From assembly GCF_902713615.1 (NCBI RefSeq), contig NC_052160.1:94040493-94104492 (forward strand): 64,000 bases of DNA, in the 5' to 3' direction. A model generated the notes under the pieces. That model was not told the origin of the DNA and searched no databases. It saw nothing but the letters and a program-made list of their open reading frames with translations. Of the stretch, positions 12,772-23,305 are shown piece by piece (within the stretch, counting starts at the first letter, position 1; each line of letters opens with the position of its first letter). Origin of the DNA: Scyliorhinus canicula (taxonomy: Eukaryota). The position numbers and the translations under genes are program-made.

Positions 12772-13665
12772 TAGACATAGGGACAGAGGAACAGGAATAG
12801 GCCATTCAGCCCCTTGAGGATGTCCTGCCATTTAATGGGATCATGGCTGATCTGAGACCTAACTCCATATACCTGCTTTTGGCCCATATCATTTAATATA
12901 TTTGCTTAACAAAAATCTATCGATCTCAGATTTAAAATTGACAACTTCTCCAGCTCCAACTGCTGTTTGTGGGAGAGATTTCCAAACCCCTAACACCCTT
13001 TGAGTGAAAAGGTTCTTTTTAACATTTCTCCTGAATGGTCTAACCATTTTCAGACATTGTCCCCTAGTTTTAGAATCTCCAAACAGTGGAAATAGTTTAT
13101 CTTTATCTACCCTGTCTTTCCCAATTAATATCTTGAATATTTTGATCAGATCACCCCTTAACCGTCTAAATTCTAGGGACAACGGGCCTAATTTGTGTAA
13201 CTCTCCTCTTAACTCAACCCTATCATCCAGATATCATTTTTGTAAATCTATGTTGCACTCCCTCCAAGGACAGAATATCTATGAGGTTTGGTGCTCAGAA
13301 CTGCTCACAGTGACTCCAAGTGGGGTCTAACCAGGGTTTTGTACAGCTGCAGCATAACCCTTGTGTCTTTATATTCCAGTCCTCTAGATATAAAAGCGAG
13401 CATTCCATGAGCCTTTTTGATGATTTTTTACAGTTGTTCCTGGCATGTTAAGGATCTATGCACCTGAACCCCAAGTCTCTTTGGACATCCGCTGCACCCA
13501 ATCTCTTTCCATTTAGAAAGTACTTTGCTCTGTCCTTTTTTGGTCCAAAATGGATAACCTCGCACTTGGTTACATTCAATTCCATCTGCCATAGTTTTAC
13601 CCATTCACCTAACCTGTCGATATTTCCTTGCAATTTTATGCTATCATATATGCCACCTAACTTTG
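12772..13665 (-). mobile_element. 5'-truncated CR1 LINE nested in the Gypsy relic
   Basis: SLEFRRLRGDLIKIFKI and WQMELNVTKCEVIHFG motifs; CR1 3' UTR. Confidence 0.88.
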
Positions 13666-16600
13666 AATTTATTGATGTATAAATTAAATCGCTTTACACC
13701 GAATACGACCTATTTCTCTCAGCCGTAGCCAGCGTCCGGGAAGCAATAGCAATCGGACAGTCACGGCTATCATCCGTTCGATGGGACAAAACTGCCCCAA
13801 TGCTGTAGGATGAAGCATCGTGCGTGATGTACAACGGTATTGAGGAGTCAAAATACGTCAATGCCCCTAACGAGACAACCAGCACTTCACGTTGTTAAAC
13901 ACTGTAACCTGAGCCCTGCCCCAAGCACAGGGCTTGGCGTGTTTCAAAAGCAAGTTGGGGGGGGGGGGGGGGCAGGATGCTAGCCAAATTCGAAATAAAG
14001 TGCACATAATAATTCACTAATCGTAGAGAAGAGCGAAGTTCTATGGTGTCCCGCGGAGCGGGGGCCATTTTGACTGCCTGCACCTTCTTGCCAACCTGCC
14101 GACTTCTTTCTCGTGAAACAGGCACATTGCATAGGGCAAGCGGACCTCATATTCAGAAAACAGTTCAACACTTCCTTGAGGTTCTGCAAATGTTCTTGTT
14201 CCATGGTCCCGATGACCAATACATCGTCTAAGTAAACTGCAACACGTGGCAATCCACACCGGGTGTTCTCCATGACGTTCTAGAAGATTCTGCATGTTGA
14301 AGATGGAAGCTGGGTGCACTCCTACAGTCTCTTGTGTGTTTTAAGCGTGTCGTACATCCATGAGAATTTATTGAGCTTCAGCTGTTGATAAGCATTACTC
14401 ATATCCAATTTTGTGAATGTACAGCCACTGGCCAATGTTGTATATGAATCCTTGATGCGAGGTAAAGGGTAACGGTCTTGAACCCATGCTCAATGTCAAT
14501 TTATAATCTCTGCAGAGGAGGACTGACATATCCTGCTTTATGATGGGAACCACCAGCGCAACCCAATAAATGAAGTGCACAGGCCGAATAATGCCCAAAC
14601 TTTACAAATGTCAAAGTTTGGTCTCAACATTCCCCACTATAGTGTAGGGAACTGGGCTGGCACAAAAAATATCAGGGCTAGGCCTCCATGTCCACCTGGA
14701 TGTGAGCCACGGCTCCTTTAATGGTACCCGAACCAGGCTGGAACACCTCCAGGAATTTGCTCAGTATTGTACATCCATGAGGATTTATTGAGCTTCAGCT
14801 GTTGACAAGCATTGCTCATATCCAATTTTGTGAATGTACAGCCCTGGCCAATGTTGTATATGAATCCTTGACCCCACTTGGAAGATATGCTGTCAATCCT
14901 ACTGCAGCTGGTGTAGCCAATCGAGGCCCAAAAGGCCAGGACTGTTTCCCTGCACAGCAATTAGTGGGTGGACCCCTCGATATTTAGCCGTTGCCCTGTA
15001 TAAGTGGCCAAAAGAACCAACGTGTCAGCCAACGATAAAGTATGCACTCCTTATTGGGGAGGTCAAAACCACTACAAGAATGTCAATTCCCGTATCCAGC
15101 TCCATTTGGAGCAAATGGCCATTCACTTGTATCGGAACGCGAATAGGGCCCATATGGGGCACTGCCAAACAGTTCAGTTGCATCTCAGCCTCATCCTTGG
15201 CCTCTTCCGCATCATCCAGATGCAAAGCCCAGCTCCAGGGCTGATGTCTACCTCGACCCAGGGGCTTAGAGCACGGTCATTCCTGCTGCCAGCGGGTACG
15301 CCTAGACCACCTAGTCCACATGTAGAAAACGGACCACAATTGCCTTCAGTTGAGTCCAGGGATGTCTCACGTCTGGACAACCGGCTCTCCCCGCAGAAGC
15401 CAGAGTCGCAGCGACTTTTGGTCCAGGCTGAGGGGATACCACATGAGGGGTGACACCCCAAAATATTCACCTCCATCCCTTGTATCTCTTGGACGGCTCA
15501 TTTCTTGCTTTCTTGGGAGAGAGAAATCTGAAGCTACTGCTGAAAGGTTAGGGAGCCTTTACCCAAAAGCTTTTTCTGAGTCTCAATTTTATTGATACCG
15601 CAGACCAAGCGACTGAGGAGCGTATCGGACACAGCAGTTCCATAGTATCAAAACTCCGCTATCATCCGTAGTTGAAACACAATCTCGGTGACGGACTCAC
15701 CGGTGGACCGCTCCGCCGCATTAAACCGATATCTTTAAATGATTACGATATCTTTAAATGATTATGATGGGGTTGGGTTAAAGTGTTGCTCCGCCAGTGT
15801 CACGAGCCAATCGAATGTCCACATATCAGGTGTTGCTGGCTACGTGAGACTCCGGATTACCATGTGTGCGATCCACAGGCTGTCAACAGTATAACCGTCT
15901 ACCACTTCTTCTCCATGATACTGTTGACCTGGAAGAAATAGCACATTTGTTCAGTGCATCCAGTCTTCAACACTGTCATCAAATGCATCTAACCACCCAA
16001 ACAGAGGCATGTCGAATCAAAGAAATCCAAACCTTGGCCCAGAAAATCAGGGAGGTGGCTCAGCTGAATAGGCCGCAGCGTCGACAGCAAACAAATTTAC
16101 TCCTCGTCGCCAGTTTAATAAGGACACGGGGAGTCCACATCGAGTAAAAATAAGAAGACAATTTTATTTGCCAACAATATAGTATGTACTTCCCGGTAAA
16201 CCGTACTGGGTTCCTGCTTGGTCGTTGCCTTACTGGCCGACCTTATATACATTGGGTAATTGAGATACCCCGTCCCTAGTGGGGGAGCTCGTACTCTGCA
16301 AGGGACATGGGGAAGACAAGCATTCCCAACTCGTAGATCCCTTGCGGGATATTACATTCATTCTCTTCAAAATGGGGGGAAAAGTCCCAAAGGCCAAATA
16401 ATAAATCTTTGAATTTATTAAAATTGAAATGCCATTGGAAGGCTTTTTAAAATAGATGATCTTTTTATTTGTTTTCAGGCATTTAAATGTCAGACCAGTT
16501 ACGTGGGCCTCCCACTGCTGTCAAATTGAGCAGCTAATTCAGGGACGCTAGTCATAACATTTAATTTAATATGTTTGTCTGCGCATTCACAGGAGATCGA

Positions 16601-16732
16601 TTAGCTTCGGCCTGCAAAAACTCGTAAAGACAAGCAAGGGCAACAACAAGGAAGGAACTGAAACACAACAGTAGTCAAACAGGCTTAGAACTTTGTTTCT
16701 TCAGAATTATAACAGCCAATATAGTGGGTAAT

Positions 16733-17035
16733 AATATTAATTTTTATTAGTGTCACAAGTAGACTTACATTGACACTGCAATTAAGTTACTGTGAAAATC
16801 CCCTAGTTGCTACACCACGGCGCCTGTTCGGGTACACAGAGAGAATTCAGAATGTCCAATTCACCTAACAAGCACGTCTTTCGGGACCTGTGGGAGGAAA
16901 CCGGAGTACCCGGAGGAAACCCACGTAGACCCAGGGAGAACGTGCAGACTCCGCAAAGTGACCCAAGCCAGGAATCGAATTGGGCCCTGATGCTGTGAAG
17001 GAACAATGCCAACCACTGTGCTACTGTGCCACCCA
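16733..17035 (-). mobile_element. V-SINE-type SINE with second tail type (…gtgacactaataaa)
   Basis: A/B-box head and shared core; same subfamily at 27583-27888 and 61898-62225. Confidence 0.85.
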
Positions 17036-17718
17036 TATGCTACCATGCCATCCATAGAATGGGTAGAATGAGGCAGCTCAAGTACTTTTAGTATGGGTTA
17101 AAAAACAGGTAACCTTGAGGAGAATAACACTGATCTGAGGCCCGCAGTGAAAGGTTGTCTTATGAACCCAGTTGGCACCAGCCCCGGCTGCACACTGTTA
17201 AAAAGAACACAGGTTTACCTGCTGTCCACTGTATTAAAGATACAGTCTCAGGCTGTCACCAAAAAAGTAAATTTATTTGAATGTGAACTTGAGATGCAGG
17301 AATTCTCTTCCCCAGCCCTAGATGAAAACCAGCCACAACCCACACCCTCCACCCGATCACTGCCTCACCCCATCCAGGTCGTCTTCTTACTCGGTGTCTC
17401 TCCACCATCACCATTCTCCATTGCAACAGTTTCCTTTTAAATAACATACCTGAGAGTTACTGCTGACGACGCAGTGACCCAAAAGTATAAAGTCCCCTTT
17501 ACCAGTGAGCTGCCGGGAGATGCCCATCAGGAATTGGCACCTTGCCCATCTTCTGTAAGTTTGGCCCAGAGACTAAACTCGGGTGCACCTCAGGCCTAAC
17601 AGTTCAGGTGTAGGGACTGTTCCCCATGGTCATTGGGCAAGTTTATATTTAGTTTGAAAATACAATACTTTGTCAGAAGCCATTAAAACAAATCTGGGAA
17701 AACTAACAAACTGGTCAG

Positions 17719-18034
17719 TGTGTTGTTACTCGTGTCTTAATAAAGCTCGTAGTCTCAAGTGTGGAGAAGATGCTTTATTGTGAGTTCGTTCAGTTTCCAG
17801 AGCTCGACCTAGAACGACCTTCCAGTGCTAACTACCAGCTTTGCTTGCTGTGTGTGTGTCCTGCTTACCAGCCCGCCTGCTGTGAAGTGTGTCTTGTGTA
17901 TATGTGTTGCTCCAAGTTCTGCCCTCAGTGAAGTGTGTCCTCACTTCCTGTCCTGATCTATTTATATGGCTCTCCCGTGCTCCCTCTAGTGGTTGCTCAG
18001 TTGTGTTGCATCTGGTTAACTTGTGATCACCACA
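17719..18034 (-). repeat. 3' LTR (316 bp)
   Basis: Identical to 21537-21852 except gagttcg versus gagtttg; on the minus strand it has ATATAAAT and AATAAA. Confidence 0.95.
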
Positions 18035-18435
18035 TCCCCCTTTTTCTCTTAACATATTTTCTGTACATCGTTAAAGAAAATTGTACATCCTGTCCCGGTG
18101 TATTTGTAGCTCTCCCTCTGGTGTTTGCTCAGTTGTTTTGTATCTAGTAAATCTACGATCACCCCATCCCCCTTTTTCTCTTTACATATTTGCTGTACAT
18201 CGTTAAAGAAAATTATAGAAAACAGTTACTTATGATATGCGTATCTATACAGGTGATGGTGCTATTGCATACTGTACAAAGCCAATGTAGTTATATGTCC
18301 AATCTCAATAAAACATTTATGAGTCCAAACTTGATGAATTTGTTCAGAGCTTTTTTTTTTTTTTTGTGTTGTTGATGACGTGGTGATATTGATATTGCAA
18401 GTCCGCTGTGAATGTTGTTGGTGTTCCTTGTTATT

Positions 18436-21400
18436 TTAAGTACCCAATGCATCATCCCGAGGTGTTTGCATGGTCACCTCACTGATGTTGACTGGCATGG
18501 ACTTTTTTCTGTGCTTGTGGTGTTGATTTATTGTCTCATCCGCCTTGGATGCTGGTGTGCTTGCTCGTTCTGGAGCAGACGTGTGTTTATGCGATTCGTC
18601 GTCATCCCATGACATGTTTGTGGTCTTGTCATCGTTTTGCCATGCGCTGTGGCATTGTCCGTCATGTGCCAAGTAGTACCATTGTGTACAAGTCGTTGTT
18701 TCATTGCTGTTGTCTCTGTCGTTCCTGTTTTTGTTGTTTTCGTTGCCGTACTTGTTGCTGTTTTTGTCGTTTCTGTCTTTGGTGTTGGCAGTGTCGTTGT
18801 TCCTGACTTTGTTGTTTTCGTTGCCGTTCGTGTTGCTGTTTTTGTCATTTCTGTCTTTGGTGTTGTCGCTATCTTTGTTCCTGACTTTGTTGTTTGTCTT
18901 GTCGCGCTTCATGTTGCTTTTGTTCTTTCTGTTGTCGTTCTCGTTTCTGCTGTGCTTCTTGCTATTGTTGTTGGTCTTGTCACGCTTCATGTTGCTTTTG
19001 TTCTTGCTGTGTTTCTTTTGACTTTTGTTTTTTTTGTTATACTCTATGAGTGTCCCAAGTGGATAATTTGAGTCATTGAGCATTTCGTCTCGAGAGTGGT
19101 GCGAATGATCTGATGTTGCATCGGTGCAGGTGACCTCAATCATTTGTGGAGAATTGGATTCCTCATCTTTGCTTTCTTGGTGCTCCTCTTCCGGAGTCAA
19201 ATTCTTCTCGATTTCATTTGACGCGGTGTCTCTGGATTCTTGGCGCTCCTCTTCTGGAGTCAAAACCTCCATGATTACAATTGACGTGATGTCTGTGGAC
19301 TCCTGGCGCTCCTCTTCTGGAGTTGAAATCTGCATGATTTCAGTTGACGTGGTGTCTGTGGACTCCTGGTGCTCCGCTTCTGGAGTTGAAATCTTCATGA
19401 TTTCCGTTGATGTTATCTCACTGGACTCCAGGTGCTCCTCTTCTGGAGTCAAAATCTGCATGGTTTCTTCTGGCTTGGTCTCTCTGGACTCCAGGTGCTC
19501 CTCGTCTGGAGTCAGAATCTGCATGGTGTCTTTTGGCTTGGTCTCTCTGGACTCCAGGTGCTCCTCTTCTGGAGTCAAAATCTGCATGGTTTCTTTTGGC
19601 ATCGTCGCTCTGGACTGTTGGGTGGCCCGACTCTGTGCTTCTGTACAGACAAGCTGAGAACTGTCAGTCTCGCTGTGATCCTGTACGTCGAGTGCGATCA
19701 CCTTGTTACTGTTCTCGCATGCAGTGGGTAGAGGTGCATTGTCTTCTTCTTGTTCATGTGAGCTTGTTAGACTTTCATAGTCTGCTTGCGGTTGCTCAGA
19801 TACTGCGGGTTTACCTGCATGGTCTTGTTCATGCATGGTGTTCGCCAGGGAGTGTTTGCTTGCATCCCTTTTGGAGTCTTTCATTACTCGCACTGTGGAG
19901 CCTGTCATCGCTCGCTCTGTGGAGTCTTCCTGTGCTCTCTGTGTGGCGTCGTCTTCGTCTTGGGTATTGCTGTCATCCAATGTATCGACGAGCTGCCATG
20001 GCCTCATGGTGTTGGATTCATCTACCATGAGTAGAGTCGTGCTGAGCTTTGCAACGGTGTCGCTGATGCTGTGATCAGCATGTCCAAATAACTCCTCCAT
20101 GTCTGAGTAGTATTCTTTGATACCCATTTCATCTTCGTTGGCTTCTTCTACCACGAGTTGATTTGTGTTGAAGTTTGCGACCGTGTCGCTGATGCTGTGA
20201 GAAGCATATCCGACTGACTCAGCTGTGTCTGAGTAGTATTCTTCGAAAAACAAATCATCCTGGTTGGATTCTTCTACCACGAGTTGATTCGTGTTGAACT
20301 TTGCGACCGTGTCGCTGATGCTGTGAGAAGCATATCCGACTGACTCAGCTGTGTCTGAGTAGTATTCTTCGAAAAACAAATCATCTTTTGTTGTTTCGGA
20401 ATTCTTTTTGTTCTCTTCACTTTGGGTGGTGCAGACTGCTTTTTTCAGGGTGTTGTGCAAGTTGTTTTTAACTGTTGGTGTAAGTTCAGTCGTTTTTCTG
20501 TGTTCTGAGGCAAGAACATTTGTGTTTACCACTTTAAGTGTCTTATTTTCAATTTTCGGGCATTTCCCTTTTAAGTGGGCGTGGTCGGGATGCTCAGACG
20601 TCATGACGTCACGCGTTGGCATGACTTGCGCATGTGCAAATAGGCTTTTGTCCTTCACTGTGCGGTTTCGTTCCCATTGCGCATGCGCGGCTTGCGCATG
20701 CGCATGACGATCCGCGACGACGACTTTTTTTGACTGCGCATGCGCGGCTTGCGCATGCGCATAACAATCGGCGCTGCGATCTTTTTCAAACTGCGCATGC
20801 GCGGCTTCCGGTTCCGGCGCATGCGCAGACGCGATTTGTAGTTCTTTGCTTACCGGAGACTGCAAAATGTGCTCCAACGCCATTTTTTGTCGTTTTTCGC
20901 GGATTTCAGCGATTTTACTGTCCCACCAGGACTGCAAAATTCGTAAGTGATCTTCTCTTCCCGATTTGGACAGGGTTTCAGCGTTTTGGCTTTGTGAGAA
21001 ATTCTTTTTATTTCTTCTTTTTGATCTGTACTTTTCATTCGCGATTTCTTGCTCTTTTGGTGATTTTTTAAGTTTTGCATCACTCAGTCTCTGTGCAGTT
21101 TGGCCTCTGAGTATGTCTTGCTGTTCAAATTTCTCACAGTACTCTTCAAATTTGTTTAGTACCGTTTGTAAGCTGTTTCTGTCTTCACCTTTTGAGTATT
21201 TAAATCCATTATAAACTTTCCAAGCTTCATTTTCTTCGATGAGAATTGCTATTTTAATTTCGTCTGAGGCTGCCGCTGCATCATATGCTATGATAGCGAA
21301 ATCGAACATTTGTTTAAACCTTTCCCAGACACTTCTTACTTTTCCAGTCGTGTCCAGGTGAAGTGGGAATCCAAGGCACATCCTCTCATCAGCAATGTCT

Positions 21401-21462
21401 TCCCAAGTCGAATGTCCAGCAGGAGATCTCCATGCCATTCTTGGTTGAGATTTCCATGCCAT
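18436..21462 (-). CDS. 1008-aa Gag-derived protein: Gypsy Gag N-terminal domain, degenerate zinc knuckle, acidic 42-aa and 21-aa repeats, N/K-rich 26-aa repeats
   Basis: Uninterrupted ORF filling the LTR interior; PLHLDTTGKVRSVWERFKQMF...IKIAIL...VLNKFEEYCE resembles Gypsy Gag N-termini; no pol motifs. Confidence 0.8.
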   Translation of the reverse strand: MAWKSQPRMAWRSPAGHSTWEDIADERMCLGFPLHLDTTGKVRSVWERFKQMFDFAIIAYDAAAASDEIKIAILIEENEAWKVYNGFKYSKGEDRNSLQTVLNKFEEYCEKFEQQDILRGQTAQRLSDAKLKKSPKEQEIANEKYRSKRRNKKNFSQSQNAETLSKSGREDHLRILQSWWDSKIAEIREKRQKMALEHILQSPVSKELQIASAHAPEPEAAHAQFEKDRSADCYAHAQAAHAQSKKVVVADRHAHAQAAHAQWERNRTVKDKSLFAHAQVMPTRDVMTSEHPDHAHLKGKCPKIENKTLKVVNTNVLASEHRKTTELTPTVKNNLHNTLKKAVCTTQSEENKKNSETTKDDLFFEEYYSDTAESVGYASHSISDTVAKFNTNQLVVEESNQDDLFFEEYYSDTAESVGYASHSISDTVANFNTNQLVVEEANEDEMGIKEYYSDMEELFGHADHSISDTVAKLSTTLLMVDESNTMRPWQLVDTLDDSNTQDEDDATQRAQEDSTERAMTGSTVRVMKDSKRDASKHSLANTMHEQDHAGKPAVSEQPQADYESLTSSHEQEEDNAPLPTACENSNKVIALDVQDHSETDSSQLVCTEAQSRATQQSRATMPKETMQILTPEEEHLESRETKPKDTMQILTPDEEHLESRETKPEETMQILTPEEEHLESSEITSTEIMKISTPEAEHQESTDTTSTEIMQISTPEEERQESTDITSIVIMEVLTPEEERQESRDTASNEIEKNLTPEEEHQESKDEESNSPQMIEVTCTDATSDHSHHSRDEMLNDSNYPLGTLIEYNKKNKSQKKHSKNKSNMKRDKTNNNSKKHSRNENDNRKNKSNMKRDKTNNKVRNKDSDNTKDRNDKNSNTNGNENNKVRNNDTANTKDRNDKNSNKYGNENNKNRNDRDNSNETTTCTQWYYLAHDGQCHSAWQNDDKTTNMSWDDDESHKHTSAPERASTPASKADETINQHHKHRKKSMPVNISEVTMQTPRDDALGT

Positions 21463-21521
21463 TTTTGTTTTTTTGTTTTCTGTATCTGCAGCTGAGTTGT
21501 CCTGTCATAAGCGTCTGAAAT

Positions 21522-21536
21522 CACTCCTAGGTACCA
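21522..21536 (-). promoter_or_regulatory. Primer-binding site, tRNA-Leu(UAA)-like
   Basis: TGGTACCTAGGAGTG matches the complement of the tRNA-Leu(UAA) 3' end (TGGTACCAGGAGTG) with one extra T; tRNA sequence recalled, not searched. Confidence 0.7.
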
Positions 21537-21852
21537 TGTGTTGTTACTCGTGTCTTAATAAAGCTCGTAGTCTCAAGTGTGGAGAAGATGCTTTATTGTG
21601 AGTTTGTTCAGTTTCCAGAGCTCGACCTAGAACGACCTTCCAGTGCTAACTACCAGCTTTGCTTGCTGTGTGTGTGTCCTGCTTACCAGCCCGCCTGCTG
21701 TGAAGTGTGTCTTGTGTATATGTGTTGCTCCAAGTTCTGCCCTCAGTGAAGTGTGTCCTCACTTCCTGTCCTGATCTATTTATATGGCTCTCCCGTGCTC
21801 CCTCTAGTGGTTGCTCAGTTGTGTTGCATCTGGTTAACTTGTGATCACCACA
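21537..21852 (-). repeat. 5' LTR (316 bp)
   Basis: Direct repeat of 17719-18034, immediately followed on the minus strand by the PBS. Confidence 0.95.
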
Positions 21853-23305
21853 GTCAGATATAAGAAACCCATGAAGTATTACACTTCACATGTTACTCTG
21901 GCCCACTTGCAAATTTCTGCGTAACAGAAAAGAAGAATGGCAGTCAGACCCTTCATTGGTTTGCATCGTGTTACATGAGATCCAATCACACAGACTGCAC
22001 CAAGTTATAAAACAGTGGTTCTACATTCCACTGGCATCAAATCCTTTTAAATATCAATGGAAAAGCTGAACTCAGAGAACCAAACTATTTACAATGGACA
22101 TTAGCATCTCACACTCCAGATCCACCAGGAAACTGTTGAGAACTTAACTCCTGATCGCTAATCAGTCAAGTAGCAGAATTCAGTTAGTGGAGCTCGTATT
22201 GCTAATTTCCATGTTCCAGTGACCCGGATTACCTTGTCTCCTAGACATGAAGAGAATTTTCATCGCCTTGTGGCCTCTCGGACTTGGGGGTGCTGCTCAG
22301 TCTGTTCACCAACGTGCATGTCCGCCTCATTTCCTCTTCTCACTGTCCCTCCACCATCCAAGTTGCCCAGTTTGTAACCTTGTTAATATCCATGCTCCAA
22401 CTCACATGTCCTGGGCTTCTGCTCCTGTCTCCTCCTGCTGCCACACTCTCTCTCTTCATGGCATCTCATTCTCCATCCAACCGCCCTCCTTGCCCCGCAC
22501 TACCTCTCCCCCCTCTCCCCACCTCTCTTCCCCTCTCCACACAGCTCTCTCCCCGCCTCGCCCCCACCCTCTCTTATGGTGGGGTGGGGGTCTTTGGTGG
22601 GGGTCTCTGTAATTGAGCGGTCTCTAGTGGGGGGTCTCTCATGGGGGTCTCTGTTAGGAAGGGGTCTCTGTATTTGGGTGGTCTGTGGTGGGGTCTCCCT
22701 CACGGGGAGTGTCTGATGAGGGGCAATGGGGGGAAGTCTGGTTGTGGTGGGGGAGGGTGGCCCTTCGGTGGACTTGGGGCAATTCCCTTAAAGAGTTACC
22801 CCAAAGGTCCACCGCGAGGTGCACCGCATCAGGATCACATTGACACCAATTCTCGCCCACGTGAATCCCGGCCCACAGGACCAGAGAATCAGGCGGGCTT
22901 GAACAATACGGTGCCCGGCCCGTGAATAACTTGGGGCGCGAACCCTGAAACCACTGCTAGCGGGGGACCATAGAATCGGAATGGAATGTGCGACTGACAC
23001 TGAATTCTCTGCCGCATCGGGAACTCCGTTACCGGTGGCGGAGAATCCAACCCTGAGTGTTGCTGCTGAGGCTGAATAGCAGGCGGTTCGCATTCCTGAT
23101 GGGATGTGCTCCAAGAGGGAGCGTTATTCGGAAAGCAATTCAGGACATGCAAATGGGTCAGCACTCTGCGCATGTGAATTGAGAGCTATTCACATTTCTT
23201 ATGGCATCTGATTTACTGGGGACGGAATTAGCGCTGGAGAGCCTGACAAGCTGGAGCTGCATGTACGCACTCCATTCCCCACACGCTCTCATTCCTTCCA
23301 AGAAA

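Larger units (their letters stand above)
9635..16356 (-). mobile_element. Decayed Ty3/Gypsy LTR retrotransposon interrupted by two CR1 insertions
   Basis: 5' LTR 16114-16356 (starts TGTAAT) followed by PBS TGGCGACGAG (16103-16112); internally deleted 3' LTR ~9635-9722 with PPT; protease MELDTG (15025-15225), RT VAVYLDDVLV (13980-14273), RNase H DASSYSIGAVLSH (13694-13885), integrase FSTHGIPEVFVTDKG (10253-10633). Confidence 0.88.
17719..21852 (-). mobile_element. Young non-autonomous Gypsy-derived LTR retroelement carrying one Gag-derived ORF
   Basis: Two 316-bp TG...CA LTRs with one mismatch; TSD GTCAG at 17714-17718 and 21853-21857; PBS TGGTACCTAGGAGTG; PPT AAAAAGGGGGA. Confidence 0.95.

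Noticed and set aside
17440-17640. Possible minus-strand host exon ending cag|gtatgt
   Set aside because: All three frames contain stops over the stretch read; no protein similarity recognised
18531-20074. Hydrophobic or Ser-rich plus-strand ORFs (e.g. 18637-19071) that resemble membrane or Env proteins
   Set aside because: Antisense shadows of the N/K- and E/T-rich repeats of the 1008-aa ORF; no signal peptide, furin site or Cys pattern
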